Of a stretch of DNA of 62,664 nt, positions 1 to 8,527 are shown piece after piece. Position 1 is the first letter of the stretch. Each line of letters starts with the position of its first letter. The notes under the pieces are model-generated. The model ran no database searches. It saw nothing but the letters and a program-made list of their open reading frames with translations, and was not told the origin of the DNA. The position numbers and the translations under genes are program-made. The DNA is from a virus, in the IMG/VR virus record IMGVR_UViG_3300034134_000009, positions 1 through 62,664 of that record; one strand, written 5' to 3'.

Positions 1-127
1 TGCGTGCGAAGCCTGCGGACGACCGTTCCCAACCGTCGCCGACCACCTACGCGCCTCCATCGATTTCGTCGACAACGCCGGCCCGACGGTCGGCGACGAC
101 GTCGTGATCCAGTTCTATAGCCGGCTG
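1..127. repeat. 127-bp terminal direct repeat, identical to 62538..62664 (circular-assembly overlap or terminal redundancy)
   Basis: Compared by eye: tgcgtgcgaagcctgcggac...ccagttctatagccggctg is present at both window ends. An ORF reads through the junction in frame. Confidence 0.9.
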
Positions 128-586
128 TTCAGCATCGCCCCGGAACTGCGGGGGATCTTCCCGCCGGACCTGCTCGACGCGGAACGCGGCTCGGACACCC
201 GCGGGTTCCGGCAGCGTGACCAGCTGGTGTCGGCGCTGCGGACGGTGGGCCGGCTGTACGACCCGTTCAACCCGAAGTCCATGCAGGCACTCGACAGTTC
301 GCTGCAGCTGTGGGGCCGCCGGCATGCCGCGTTCCAGATGCCTGACGGGACGGTGCTGGTGCCGCGGCGGGCGCATTACGACGCGGTCGGGTCGTGCCTG
401 CTGGACACGCTGCATGATGTGGCGGGCCACGAGTGGGTGTCGGAGTGGGATGACGCGTGGGGTGAGGCTCTCGAGGTGGCGGGTGATTCGATGCGGCATT
501 ATGCCCGGCAGTGGCACGTGGGTATGGCGCGTCTGCCGCGCCGGTCGGCGGATCCGATGACGGTTCGGCGGCGTGACGAGGGCTGA
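2..586 (+). CDS. globin-domain protein, C-terminal part (continues the ORF starting at 62482 once the overlap is collapsed)
   Basis: Same frame as 62482. Globin-like motifs 'VIQFYSRLFSIAPELRGIFP', 'LQLWGRRHAAF' (candidate proximal His), 'HYDAVGSCLLDTL', 'WDDAWGEALEVAG'. Track ORF 104..586 is the internal-GTG version. Confidence 0.7.
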   Translation, partial: ACEACGRPFPTVADHLRASIDFVDNAGPTVGDDVVIQFYSRLFSIAPELRGIFPPDLLDAERGSDTRGFRQRDQLVSALRTVGRLYDPFNPKSMQALDSSLQLWGRRHAAFQMPDGTVLVPRRAHYDAVGSCLLDTLHDVAGHEWVSEWDDAWGEALEVAGDSMRHYARQWHVGMARLPRRSADPMTVRRRDEG

Positions 587-597
587 TCTGCGGGGCG

Positions 598-640
598 GGC
601 GAGGGCGGTGCACCGTTGGGTGTGCCGCCCTTCGCTTTTG
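598..640 (+). terminator. putative intrinsic terminator after the globin gene
   Basis: Imperfect GC-rich hairpin gggcgagggcggtgcac / gtgccgcccttcgc followed by tttt. Confidence 0.5.
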
Positions 641-659
641 GCGCACACGGCCCGTGACA

Positions 660-700
660 CCCTTGACAGTTAACCGCATTCGGTTAGTGTGGGGGGGGGT
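660..700 (+). promoter_or_regulatory. operator-promoter copy P1 (variant)
   Basis: cccTTGACAgttaaccgcattcggtTAGTGT. -35 and -10 are 16 nt apart with a degenerate TAACCGG-NN-CCGGTTA palindrome in the spacer. Followed by a G9 run (691..699). Confidence 0.6.
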
Positions 701-738
701 AGCCGAAACGAAAGGCACCGACCCGGAAGGGGCCAGCA

Positions 739-999
739 ATGACCACATCCACCATCCCCGAGCCGGCCGCATTCGCCGATCAGGTGTTCGCCACCGTCAC
801 CCAGCTCGCCGACGCCGGGGTTTACGTCGACGTCCGGCTGACCAGCAGCGGCGTCACCGTTGTCGAGGATCGCCGTGGCGCCCTGACTCCCGAGGCCACC
901 CGGACCCAGAGCGAGGTTCGGGCCCTGCGCGCGTTCCTCAGCTTCACCCCGAACGTGCAGTGGGAGCCCGCCGAACGAGCCATGTGGGGGAACCGATGA
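739..999 (+). CDS. hypothetical protein
   Basis: 86-aa ORF. ggaagggg RBS-like upstream. Stop overlaps the next start (ATGA). Confidence 0.6.
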   Translation: MTTSTIPEPAAFADQVFATVTQLADAGVYVDVRLTSSGVTVVEDRRGALTPEATRTQSEVRALRAFLSFTPNVQWEPAERAMWGNR

Positions 1000-1469
1000 A
1001 CAAGTACGAACATGGGCCCGACGGCGAGTGCTACTGCGACGACGCATGCCCCACAAGCCCCGGACTCTCGGCCGACGATGACCGAGTGCTGCAGATGCTG
1101 GCCGGCGCCAACTTCGGGCCCGACTCCGCCATCGTGTTGCCGTCCGGCGTAACGCTCGGAGGCGACGAGGCCCAGGCGCTGACGTCGGCCCACGCCCCGG
1201 CCCAGGGCGAACACCCGACCCCGCAACAACCCCAGGGAGAACCGATGAACAAGTACGACCACGACGAGCCCGACCAGAACGAGCCCGTGAAGGTCGCGCC
1301 CGCCGTCATCATGATGTGGGCCGTCGGATTCGTGTTCCTCATCATCGGCACCATCAAAAACGTGATCGAAGGCGACCTGTTCGTTGCGGTCGCGTTCGGG
1401 GCCTTCGCCGTCGTCGCGGGGGTCGCCATCGCCAAGGCTTTGATCACGCAGCCCCGGGGCCAGCGGTGA
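996..1469 (+). CDS. hypothetical membrane protein (Cys-rich N-terminus, 2 TM at C-terminus)
   Basis: ATG at residue 142 of track ORF 573..1469, ATGA-coupled to the upstream stop. Hydrophobic 'VIMMWAVGFVFLIIG' and 'FVAVAFGAFAVVAGVAIA'. An internal second copy of the start region lies at 1245. Confidence 0.55.
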   Translation: MNKYEHGPDGECYCDDACPTSPGLSADDDRVLQMLAGANFGPDSAIVLPSGVTLGGDEAQALTSAHAPAQGEHPTPQQPQGEPMNKYDHDEPDQNEPVKVAPAVIMMWAVGFVFLIIGTIKNVIEGDLFVAVAFGAFAVVAGVAIAKALITQPRGQR

Positions 1470-1756
1470 AACCCCACCTCATCGCCCAGCCCGCCGAGCA
1501 CATCGGCCACGCCCCGACCGCCGCGCTCATCACCGCGCTCGCCTCCGCTGACTGGCGCACCACCACCCTCGAGGACCACGGCCCGGCCGGTATCGCCGCT
1601 GTCGCCTACCACCCGGACGCTCCCGACGTGGTCACCGTGACCATGTCGCTCGAGGACACGTCACGGGTCGCGTCGGTGCAGATCGCTGGCCGGGATGTGC
1701 CGTTCCGCAGGGCTGTCGAGTATGTGTATTCCACCGCCACGGACAGGGAGCGCTGA
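1466..1756 (+). CDS. hypothetical protein
   Basis: GTG at residue 51 of track ORF 1316..1756. GTGA overlap with the upstream stop. Confidence 0.5.
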   Translation: MKPHLIAQPAEHIGHAPTAALITALASADWRTTTLEDHGPAGIAAVAYHPDAPDVVTVTMSLEDTSRVASVQIAGRDVPFRRAVEYVYSTATDRER

Positions 1757-1763
1757 GTTACCC

Positions 1764-2297
1764 GTGCCAATCCATGACCTGATCATCAGCTTCGTCGGCG
1801 GCTCCGACTGGGCCGACGTCGACGTGGAAATCAAGTGCCTCGGCATCACGGACGAGTGCGCCGAGTGGATCAACTGCGAGGTGCCCGAGTGCCCCGGCAG
1901 CACCGGCGGGGACGACACTCTGCACGACGTCAGCGACGTCGCTCACGGCCAGCAGCACAAGTACCTCGACGAGTCCTGGATGGTTCGCTCCGGCTCCTGC
2001 TACCTCGCGAACCACGGCCACGACATGGCCGGCCAAGTCGCCGAAAAGCTCGGCCTCGGTGACGGCCGGTACGAGGTCACCCCCGAGTTCGACGACGGCA
2101 CCCTCACTGACCTGGTGCTGGTTGATTGCCGTCCGAAGCCGTCGGACGACGAGCTGTTCGGGGATCTGCTCCCTGACCTCGATCCGCCTGACCTGCCGGT
2201 CCCATCCCGCTCATCCCGGAAGGTCCGGGTCCGTGTTCGCCGCGACCAGCGCACGCCGGGTACCGCGCCAAATTCATCGGCGGTGGACCGTGGCTGA
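1764..2297 (+). CDS. hypothetical protein (Cys-rich segment 'CLGITDECAEWINCEVPEC')
   Basis: GTG at residue 24 of track ORF 1695..2297, just after the upstream stop. gggag lies 13 nt upstream. Confidence 0.5.
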   Translation: MPIHDLIISFVGGSDWADVDVEIKCLGITDECAEWINCEVPECPGSTGGDDTLHDVSDVAHGQQHKYLDESWMVRSGSCYLANHGHDMAGQVAEKLGLGDGRYEVTPEFDDGTLTDLVLVDCRPKPSDDELFGDLLPDLDPPDLPVPSRSSRKVRVRVRRDQRTPGTAPNSSAVDRG

Positions 2298-3000
2298 GCC
2301 GTACTACAAAGACGAGCGAGTCACGCTGTACCACGGCGACTGCCGAGACATCCTGCCCCAACTTGATCCGGTGGACCTGGTGCTCACCGACCCGCCCTAC
2401 GGCATCAACTACGTCAGCAACTACACCACCGGCCGCGGCGCCAAGCCCATCACCAACGACGGGGCGCGCCTCTCCATCGCCCTCCAGCGGCAAGTGATCC
2501 CGCTGCTCTCCGGGCGCGCCCAGCACGTCCTTTGGTTCACGCGGTGGGATGTGTGGCCCGACGTGTGGGCCGAGCTCGGACCCTGGTTCCCGCTACGCGG
2601 CATGCTGATATGGGACAAGGCAGACCCTGGCATGGGCGACCTCAAGCACTGGGGGCCCTCTTACGAGATGATCGCCTCGGCAGGCTGGGGGAAGACGGTC
2701 GGTAGCCGGGACCAAAGCGTCCTGCGCCATTTCAAGCCGCCGGCCGCCGCCCGGGTGCATCCGACCGAGAAGCCGCAGGCGCTGCTGCGCTACCTGATCG
2801 GCAAGCTCGCCCCGACCACCGTCCTCGACCCCTTCGCTGGGGGCGGGTCTTCGCTTCTCGCCGCCCGCGACCAGGGATGCCGCGCGATCGGCATTGAGGT
2901 TCAAGAGTCGTACTGCGAGGCCATCGCCTCCCGCCTCAGCCAGGGCGTGCTTGACCTGGCCATGGTGGATAGCGGTTCTAAGCCGGGAGAGCCGTCATGA
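2290..3000 (+). CDS. DNA methyltransferase (N6-adenine/N4-cytosine type, DPPY motif)
   Basis: 'LVLTDPPYG' (motif IV) precedes 'VLDPFAGGGSS' (motif I), the beta-class order. 'HPTEKP'. GTG start overlaps the upstream stop (GTGGCTGA). Confidence 0.85.
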   Translation: MAEPYYKDERVTLYHGDCRDILPQLDPVDLVLTDPPYGINYVSNYTTGRGAKPITNDGARLSIALQRQVIPLLSGRAQHVLWFTRWDVWPDVWAELGPWFPLRGMLIWDKADPGMGDLKHWGPSYEMIASAGWGKTVGSRDQSVLRHFKPPAAARVHPTEKPQALLRYLIGKLAPTTVLDPFAGGGSSLLAARDQGCRAIGIEVQESYCEAIASRLSQGVLDLAMVDSGSKPGEPS

Positions 3001-3335
3001 GCACCGCGACCCTCCGCAGACTCGTCGCCGAACACTTCCGAGCCCGCCGCACCGGCAACCAGCCCGCATACAACCCCGCCGGCACCCGCCGTGGCGCGCC
3101 ACCCGCCGGCGACGACCAGCTCATCGCTGACCTGACGGCGGCAGGCGTGCCGATCGGCGGCGACTACCCGCGCGACGACGCCACCCGGGCGCTGGTAGCT
3201 GCGGCCCTGGCCGTCGCCGCCATCCTCGAACGCGAGGACCGGGCCGGGGTTGTCGAGCAAGCCCTGATGAAGGCTGCGGAGCGTTGGAAGTCCGCGCACC
3301 CGCCGGCCAAGGCGTACCAGAGGAGAAGGCCATGA
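2997..3335 (+). CDS. hypothetical protein
   Basis: 112-aa ORF. ATGA overlap with the methyltransferase stop. Confidence 0.6.
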   Translation: MSTATLRRLVAEHFRARRTGNQPAYNPAGTRRGAPPAGDDQLIADLTAAGVPIGGDYPRDDATRALVAAALAVAAILEREDRAGVVEQALMKAAERWKSAHPPAKAYQRRRP

Positions 3336-3814
3336 CCGAACAGTCCGTGTCGCGGGTGGCGGTGGCGCACCGTTTGATGACCGCCGCCCTGATGATCGAA
3401 ACCGAGGGGTGGGCGCGGCACAGCGTCCGCAGCCCGGAGGGTTGCTGGTGCGCCGCCGGGGCGATCATCTACGCGGGTGCACCGGCGGAGGCCGAGCGGC
3501 CCATCGTGCTGTTTGACCGGGAGGCGCGTGACGCGTTCGGGGATGCGGCGCTGTCGGCGTTCGCGGACTACCTGAACGCGCACCGCGACGAACTCGGCGT
3601 GGACCCGGTCGGTGAGTTGCCAGGCCCTGATCCTCTGTTCCGGCACGACACGATCGCCATGTGGAACGATCATTACGCGCGGTCGGCTGCGGAGGTGGTG
3701 GACCGCCTGGGGCAGGCCGCTATGTGGGTGTGGCGTGTGGGTGCGGTGGGCGAGCTGCCGGGTCAGAGCGTCCTGGAATTCACGCTCAAGCTGCCCGAAG
3801 CGAGCGCCTCATGA
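3332..3814 (+). CDS. hypothetical protein
   Basis: ATG at residue 17 of track ORF 3284..3814. gaggagaagg RBS. ATGA overlap with the upstream stop. Confidence 0.6.
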   Translation: MTEQSVSRVAVAHRLMTAALMIETEGWARHSVRSPEGCWCAAGAIIYAGAPAEAERPIVLFDREARDAFGDAALSAFADYLNAHRDELGVDPVGELPGPDPLFRHDTIAMWNDHYARSAAEVVDRLGQAAMWVWRVGAVGELPGQSVLEFTLKLPEASAS

Positions 3815-4005
3815 GCAACCGCTGGTTCGCGCTCGTGTTCGTGTGGCTCGCCGCGTCACTCGGATGGCTCTGGCAGATCGCCGACGACAGGGGCCTGCCG
3901 GTCGCGCCGCTCGGTTGCGGGTGTTTCCTGTCGCTGACGCTCTGGCTCTGGGCGCGCCTCGAGCGGATGCGTAAGCAGGGCGTTCCGGAGTCTCGGGATT
4001 CCTGA
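3811..4005 (+). CDS. small membrane protein
   Basis: ATG at residue 51 of track ORF 3661..4005. ATGA coupling. Two hydrophobic helices ('WFALVFVWLAASLGWLW', 'LGCGCFLSLTLWLWA'). Confidence 0.55.
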   Translation: MSNRWFALVFVWLAASLGWLWQIADDRGLPVAPLGCGCFLSLTLWLWARLERMRKQGVPESRDS

Positions 4006-4355
4006 TGGGCCGCCCCCGATTCCAACCCACCGACCTCAGCAAAGTCGACCACGCCATCGTCGAACGGCTCGTCACCCAGCCCACTACACTCGCCGTCAAA
4101 GACGTCGGCACCCCCAACATGGTCGCCGCAACCCGCCGCCTCGCGAAAGCCGGGTACTGCGACGGGCAGATCGCCGGCCGGCTCAACACGTCCCGCGTGC
4201 AGGTCGCCCGGTGGCGGAAAATGGGCGGCATCCCGGCGGCGCTACCGCCGACCGGGTCATGTAAGCGGCTCCGTGAAGACCTGCCGTCGATCCCCGACCT
4301 GAAACATCTGCGCGCGAAACGTCGCCGTGCAGCAGCGGAAGGAGCAGCCCGGTGA
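4005..4355 (+). CDS. putative helix-turn-helix DNA-binding protein
   Basis: 116-aa ORF. 'GYCDGQIAGRLNTSRVQVARWRK' resembles an HTH (sigma region-4/terminase-small-like). Basic tail. Confidence 0.55.
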   Translation: MGRPRFQPTDLSKVDHAIVERLVTQPTTLAVKDVGTPNMVAATRRLAKAGYCDGQIAGRLNTSRVQVARWRKMGGIPAALPPTGSCKRLREDLPSIPDLKHLRAKRRRAAAEGAAR

Positions 4356-4510
4356 GGCGGCAGAAGCCAACCTACTGGATCAAGCCCTGCGGTCGGTTTG
4401 CGTTCGTCGCCTACCTGACCGGCGACCCGGGCGCGCTGCGGCTGAACTGGTCCGCCGGGCCGGTGTTGAAGGTTGGACGCTACGTTCTGTGGGTGCGCCC
4501 GCAGCCCTGA
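4352..4510 (+). CDS. small hypothetical protein (52 aa)
   Basis: Hand-translated, below the track cutoff. GTG overlaps the upstream stop (GTGA): VRRQKPTYWIKPCGRFAFVAYLTGDPGALRLNWSAGPVLKVGRYVLWVRPQP. Ends just before the terminator. Confidence 0.35.
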   Translation: MRRQKPTYWIKPCGRFAFVAYLTGDPGALRLNWSAGPVLKVGRYVLWVRPQP

Positions 4511-4523
4511 CCTGCAGGCACGA

Positions 4524-4554
4524 AACGGCCCCGGGATCCGCTCCCGGGGCCGTT
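4524..4554. terminator. bidirectional terminator hairpin between convergent arms
   Basis: Perfect 13-bp stem aacggccccggga/tcccggggccgtt with a 5-nt loop, between the + arm end (4510) and the - arm end (4567). Confidence 0.7.
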
Positions 4555-4566
4555 CGCTGCGCGCGG

Positions 4567-4812
4567 TCAGACCTGGCGGGCCTTGTCCCGCCGCGCCTTG
4601 TACGCCGTCAACGCACCCAGGCCCGTCGCAATCGCCGCCGACGCCACCGTGGTCCACCACGAATTGGTGCCGGTCAGGTCGATCTCCGAGACCTGGGTGA
4701 TAACGCCGTCGAGGACCGCGTCGATCGCGATCGTGGCCAGACCGGTCACGGCCAGGCCGAGCTTCGAGTCGTTGAACAGACGGTTCTTTCCGTCCACGGT
4801 TTCACCGGGCAT
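4567..4812 (-). CDS. small 2-TM membrane protein (holin-like)
   Basis: Internal ATG 'MPGETVDGK' of track ORF 4567..4938, overlapping the upstream stop. TM segments 'LGLAVTGLATIAIDAVL' and 'WWTTVASAAIATGLGALTAY'. Confidence 0.5.
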   Translation of the reverse strand: MPGETVDGKNRLFNDSKLGLAVTGLATIAIDAVLDGVITQVSEIDLTGTNSWWTTVASAAIATGLGALTAYKARRDKARQV

Positions 4813-5434
4813 GGTCGGTTCCCTTTCGAGTGGTGCCGGCGGGACGACCCCGCCGGATTTTACGGACCGGCGGGGGCCCACCGGTTGCCCACGTTGCGAG
4901 CCGCACCAGTCCGAGAACGGCCAGTACCGGGATGGCACCGAACGCGACGGGCACGGCGATCAGGATGGTCATACCCAGAACCTGCGGTGCGTCCTGCACG
5001 AAGCCGCGGCCGTAGGCGCGGCGCGGGTTGAACAGGGCGGCCCAGCGTACGGCGGTCCACCCGGTCCACCGTTTGAGCCAGGGGACGCCGAGGTCGCGCA
5101 TGGCGGCCCGGAAGATCCCGTCAATGTCGTGGGAATCAGCCGGCGGATCTCCAGCTGGTTTCGGACCCGTTCGGTCGGACCGGGCCCAGTCGTTCAGGTC
5201 CCGCGTCCATGCGGCGAGTTCGACCAACAGCCAGTCATGCAGGACCGCAGCCCGGGTGTACGCCCCGTACGGCAGCCACAACCAATGCAGGAACCGGGGC
5301 ACCGTCGCGAAGTCCGTGACAAAACCCGATGGCACGGTAAAGGTGTCACCCTCCCGGCCGGTCCACGTCAACGGGGCAGTGGTCTCCCACGTGACCGGGC
5401 CGACCGCGCGGATCGACAACTCCGAATCGAACAT
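4802..5434 (-). CDS. DUF1353-like protein with C-terminal TM
   Basis: 'FTVPSGFVTDFATVPRF' and 'AAVLHDWL' match my memory of the DUF1353 signature. Hydrophobic 'ILIAVPVAFGAIPVLAVLGLV'. Confidence 0.65.
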   Translation of the reverse strand: MFDSELSIRAVGPVTWETTAPLTWTGREGDTFTVPSGFVTDFATVPRFLHWLWLPYGAYTRAAVLHDWLLVELAAWTRDLNDWARSDRTGPKPAGDPPADSHDIDGIFRAAMRDLGVPWLKRWTGWTAVRWAALFNPRRAYGRGFVQDAPQVLGMTILIAVPVAFGAIPVLAVLGLVRLATWATGGPPPVRKIRRGRPAGTTRKGTDHAR

Positions 5435-5473
5435 GCCCTGATTCTCTCACGAGTGTCTGACGTTCCGGGCCGG

Positions 5474-5896
5474 TCAGTCCTGCGGGTGCGCCGCCACGAA
5501 ATTCGTCGTCGCCGCCTGATACAGCTGCGACAACACGTACTGCGCCTCGGACAGGGTCACCCCACGCGCCAGCAACTGCGCACCGATCTCCCGGTACTTG
5601 TTGCGGGCCGCCGCAGACTTCCAGCCATCCGCACCCGGCACCGCATCCAACGCCTGCGCCGCCGGGTCCGGGGCCGGCTGCATCAACCACTCAAGACCGT
5701 TCACGCCCTGCCGCAGATACCCGGGCACCGACACCCCCGAAATGACCAGCGTGTGGAACTCGCCCATCGCAGGCAGCTGCACGTCCGGGCCGATCAGCAG
5801 TTTGAACACGCCCGCGTACTGCAGCAGGTTCGCCGGGGTGTTCGCGTCAGCGACGAACGAAACCAGCGGAACGTTACCGAGATCAATGGTTGCCAT
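5474..5896 (-). CDS. hypothetical protein (tail-module)
   Basis: 140-aa ORF directly downstream of the large minor tail protein. Confidence 0.55.
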   Translation of the reverse strand: MATIDLGNVPLVSFVADANTPANLLQYAGVFKLLIGPDVQLPAMGEFHTLVISGVSVPGYLRQGVNGLEWLMQPAPDPAAQALDAVPGADGWKSAAARNKYREIGAQLLARGVTLSEAQYVLSQLYQAATTNFVAAHPQD

Positions 5897-5909
5897 GCGG
5901 TGTCCTCTC

Positions 5910-8519
5910 TCAGGAAGTCCACGGGCCGGTGACCTGGCTGCCGTTCACGCCATGCCCCACCGCCCGATACTCGTACGGGGTGCGGCCGGCAACCCGCCAG
6001 TCGGTGATTGTCGCGTTCGCCGGGAGGTCCGCCCGGATCCTGGTGCCGTCGTCCGGGTTGTGGACCTGCAGCCGCAGCTCGTCGGCGTAGATCGCATCGG
6101 TGGGTGTCGGGGTGTTCGTCAGGCCGGCACCCACGCTGGCGCGGGCCGCGTTCGCCACCGATGACGGGTCCGCGATGAGGGTCAGGTACTGCCAGGCACC
6201 CGCCACCGGCGTCGACGATGTTGCCACGATCGACGACAGGTACACGCCGCCGGCGTCGTACAGGTTGATGTTGAGGCGGATGGGTTTGTTCGTGGTGTCC
6301 GGGCGGATCCACGCCGACGCGAACAGCGGCTTGGACGGGTCGATGGGCACGTGCGCCGATTCGATCTGCGGGAACTGTGAGGGGGACCCGGTGCCGGCGG
6401 GCACGTACCGGGCCGCGCCGGGTGAGGTCACGAACTGGGCGGTTGAGTAGGTCAGGGTGCCGGCGGTGCCGCCGCCCCCGACGACGTAGCCGGTGGTGTT
6501 CCCGTCGAAGGACGGGTTCGCGTTCAACGTCGGATTCGGTGCGGCGGCGCGCCGCCACAGGTCCACGGTTTGAATGGCGGGCTGGGTGCCGACGGGGGTG
6601 GGGTTGGTGATGGCCACACTGAACCAGCCGGACGCAGGCACGGGGGTTATCGCGACGGTCGGCACGGCCGCTTCGATGTAGTCGACGGTGAAGTTGCGGG
6701 CCGCGATCGTCGACGGCAAGCCTTCGTTGTTGCGGGTTTGAACGTGAACGGTCCATCCGGTGTTGTCGGCGAACCGGTACGGCGGAATGTCGGACGTGGT
6801 GACGGGGTCGGCTTGCCACCCCGACGAGTAGTAGATTTCGCCGCCGGGGTTGGTGAGCAGCGCGATCCGCCACGCCTTCTGCTCGGCGACCGTCCACGAC
6901 ACGTTGACGTAGTTCGTGGACAGGACCTGCGCGGCGGTGGGGGTGACGATGGTCGGGTCGACTTTCGCCGACGGGGTGAGAACCAGCGCGGCGGAGTACG
7001 GCGATTCGAGGGCGCCGGAGTCGCGGGTCTTCACCCGGAACGTGTAGGCCGCGTCGGTGGCGGCAGCCCAGCCGGCGGTGAGGGTCACCGACGACGTGCC
7101 GGACACGTTGATGATTTCGGTGGCACCCCACGTCGAGTTGCTGGCGTTCCAGTAGGTCAGCGCGCCGGCCCCGATTTGCCGGGACAGGGCGTACGACACT
7201 TGGACGTCGGCGGGGTTCGCGTCGTTGTGTTTCCACGCCAGGGTGAGCGCCGCGGCGACGTCGGCGGCGCCGCCGTTGGTGTAGGGCTGGGCGGACGTGT
7301 CCCACGTCGGGGCGGTCGGTGCGTAGTTCTGCTGCAGGTGAACCGACTTGATGGTCCACGGGCTGGTGGTGCCGGTGGTGTAGGCGATGTCGAACCGGGC
7401 GTTGCCGCCGGTGCCGCCGCGGCGGATGGTGAACTCATCGGGCGGGTTCGACGAGTTGATGAGGTCCGCGGACACCACTGTCCACGCACCCCACAGCGAC
7501 GTCGCCCGAACAAAGTCGACGTAGTAGAGCTGACTGTTCGAGGTGCCGATGGCGAAGATGCGCGGGTTGCGGGTCGAGAAGTCGTAGCCGATGCCCAAGG
7601 TGCGGATCACGCCGGCCGGGTGTTGCGGGGTTTTCCGGACCGTGGTCGCCGAGTTCGCCCGGTTCCGTTCGTACAGGTCTGCGGTGGTCGTGTCGTCGGT
7701 GTCGATGACGCACATGAGGAACCGTTCGCCGTCCCACTGCCCACTCACATAGTTCATCGCGGGGATCGACGAGTCGATGGTGACGACCGATGTCGGGGCG
7801 GTCCATCCGGAGCCGTTCCAGGCCATTTTCGCCATGTACAGCTTGGTGCGACCCCAGGTGATCCACAGGTTCGGGGTCAGGGACGTCAGCCCGTTGCCGA
7901 CGTGTTCGATGTCGATGGCGGGGGTGGTGCGGCCCGGGGAGGTGCCGGTCACCTGGTAGGACCGGTTCCCGGAGATCAGCCCGTTGGCCAGTTTGATCTC
8001 ACCCTGCGGGTTGATGGTGACCGCGTGAACGATCACCCCGTATTTCACGCCCACGTAGTTGCAGGACCCCACCACGGCGATCATGTAGTGGCCGCCCTCA
8101 GTGCGATGCACCGCCAGATCGACGCCCTGCCAAAATGACCCGGGCACGCCGCCGTTCGAGTCACCCGACCCGTTCGTCCCGGACACCTGAATGTTCGTCA
8201 AACCCCACGACGCGGTGTCCAGGTTCAGCCGGCGGTAGAACAGCCGGTCGAACTGGCTGTCCGAAAACCGGTAGGCGAGGTGGAGGAACCCCCACCGGTC
8301 GATCACCACGGACGACCATTCGACCTGACCGAACATGGTCGTCGTGACGAACGTTCCCCACGTGGACCCGCCGTCGGTGGACCGCCACACCCGGAACGCG
8401 TTCGACGCATCCGTGTTGCCGTACAGGTACAGGTAGCCGGTCCGCACATCCCGGGCGATCGTGCCGTGCGACGGATAGTCCAGCGGAATGGCGGTGGTGA
8501 CTGTTCCAACGGTGCCCAT
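5910..8519 (-). CDS. minor tail / receptor-binding protein with BNR (Asp-box) propeller-like N-terminus and carbohydrate-binding-like C-terminus
   Basis: 869 aa. 'RSTDGGSTW' Asp-box. Repeated Ig/FN3-like Thr/Ala-rich segments. C-terminal 'NANPSFDGNTTGY...WIRPD...LYDAGG...YADELRLQ' resembles a CBM jelly-roll. Confidence 0.75.
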   Translation of the reverse strand: MGTVGTVTTAIPLDYPSHGTIARDVRTGYLYLYGNTDASNAFRVWRSTDGGSTWGTFVTTTMFGQVEWSSVVIDRWGFLHLAYRFSDSQFDRLFYRRLNLDTASWGLTNIQVSGTNGSGDSNGGVPGSFWQGVDLAVHRTEGGHYMIAVVGSCNYVGVKYGVIVHAVTINPQGEIKLANGLISGNRSYQVTGTSPGRTTPAIDIEHVGNGLTSLTPNLWITWGRTKLYMAKMAWNGSGWTAPTSVVTIDSSIPAMNYVSGQWDGERFLMCVIDTDDTTTADLYERNRANSATTVRKTPQHPAGVIRTLGIGYDFSTRNPRIFAIGTSNSQLYYVDFVRATSLWGAWTVVSADLINSSNPPDEFTIRRGGTGGNARFDIAYTTGTTSPWTIKSVHLQQNYAPTAPTWDTSAQPYTNGGAADVAAALTLAWKHNDANPADVQVSYALSRQIGAGALTYWNASNSTWGATEIINVSGTSSVTLTAGWAAATDAAYTFRVKTRDSGALESPYSAALVLTPSAKVDPTIVTPTAAQVLSTNYVNVSWTVAEQKAWRIALLTNPGGEIYYSSGWQADPVTTSDIPPYRFADNTGWTVHVQTRNNEGLPSTIAARNFTVDYIEAAVPTVAITPVPASGWFSVAITNPTPVGTQPAIQTVDLWRRAAAPNPTLNANPSFDGNTTGYVVGGGGTAGTLTYSTAQFVTSPGAARYVPAGTGSPSQFPQIESAHVPIDPSKPLFASAWIRPDTTNKPIRLNINLYDAGGVYLSSIVATSSTPVAGAWQYLTLIADPSSVANAARASVGAGLTNTPTPTDAIYADELRLQVHNPDDGTRIRADLPANATITDWRVAGRTPYEYRAVGHGVNGSQVTGPWTS

Positions 8520-8527
8520 ACCGCCCC

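Noticed and set aside
5794-8138. Long alternative-frame and antisense ORFs over the receptor-binding protein gene (5794..7359 minus, 6570..8138 plus). Similar ones lie over other real genes: 11212..12789, 17640..18872, 19025..20728, 22756..24417, 24192..25553, 34792..36498, 37659..39378, 47994..49535, 55952..57325 and 58166..59536.
   Set aside because: Their translations are Arg/Pro/Gly/His low-complexity strings, typical of out-of-frame reading in high-G+C DNA. Each overlaps an ORF with clear motifs and operon-style start/stop coupling.
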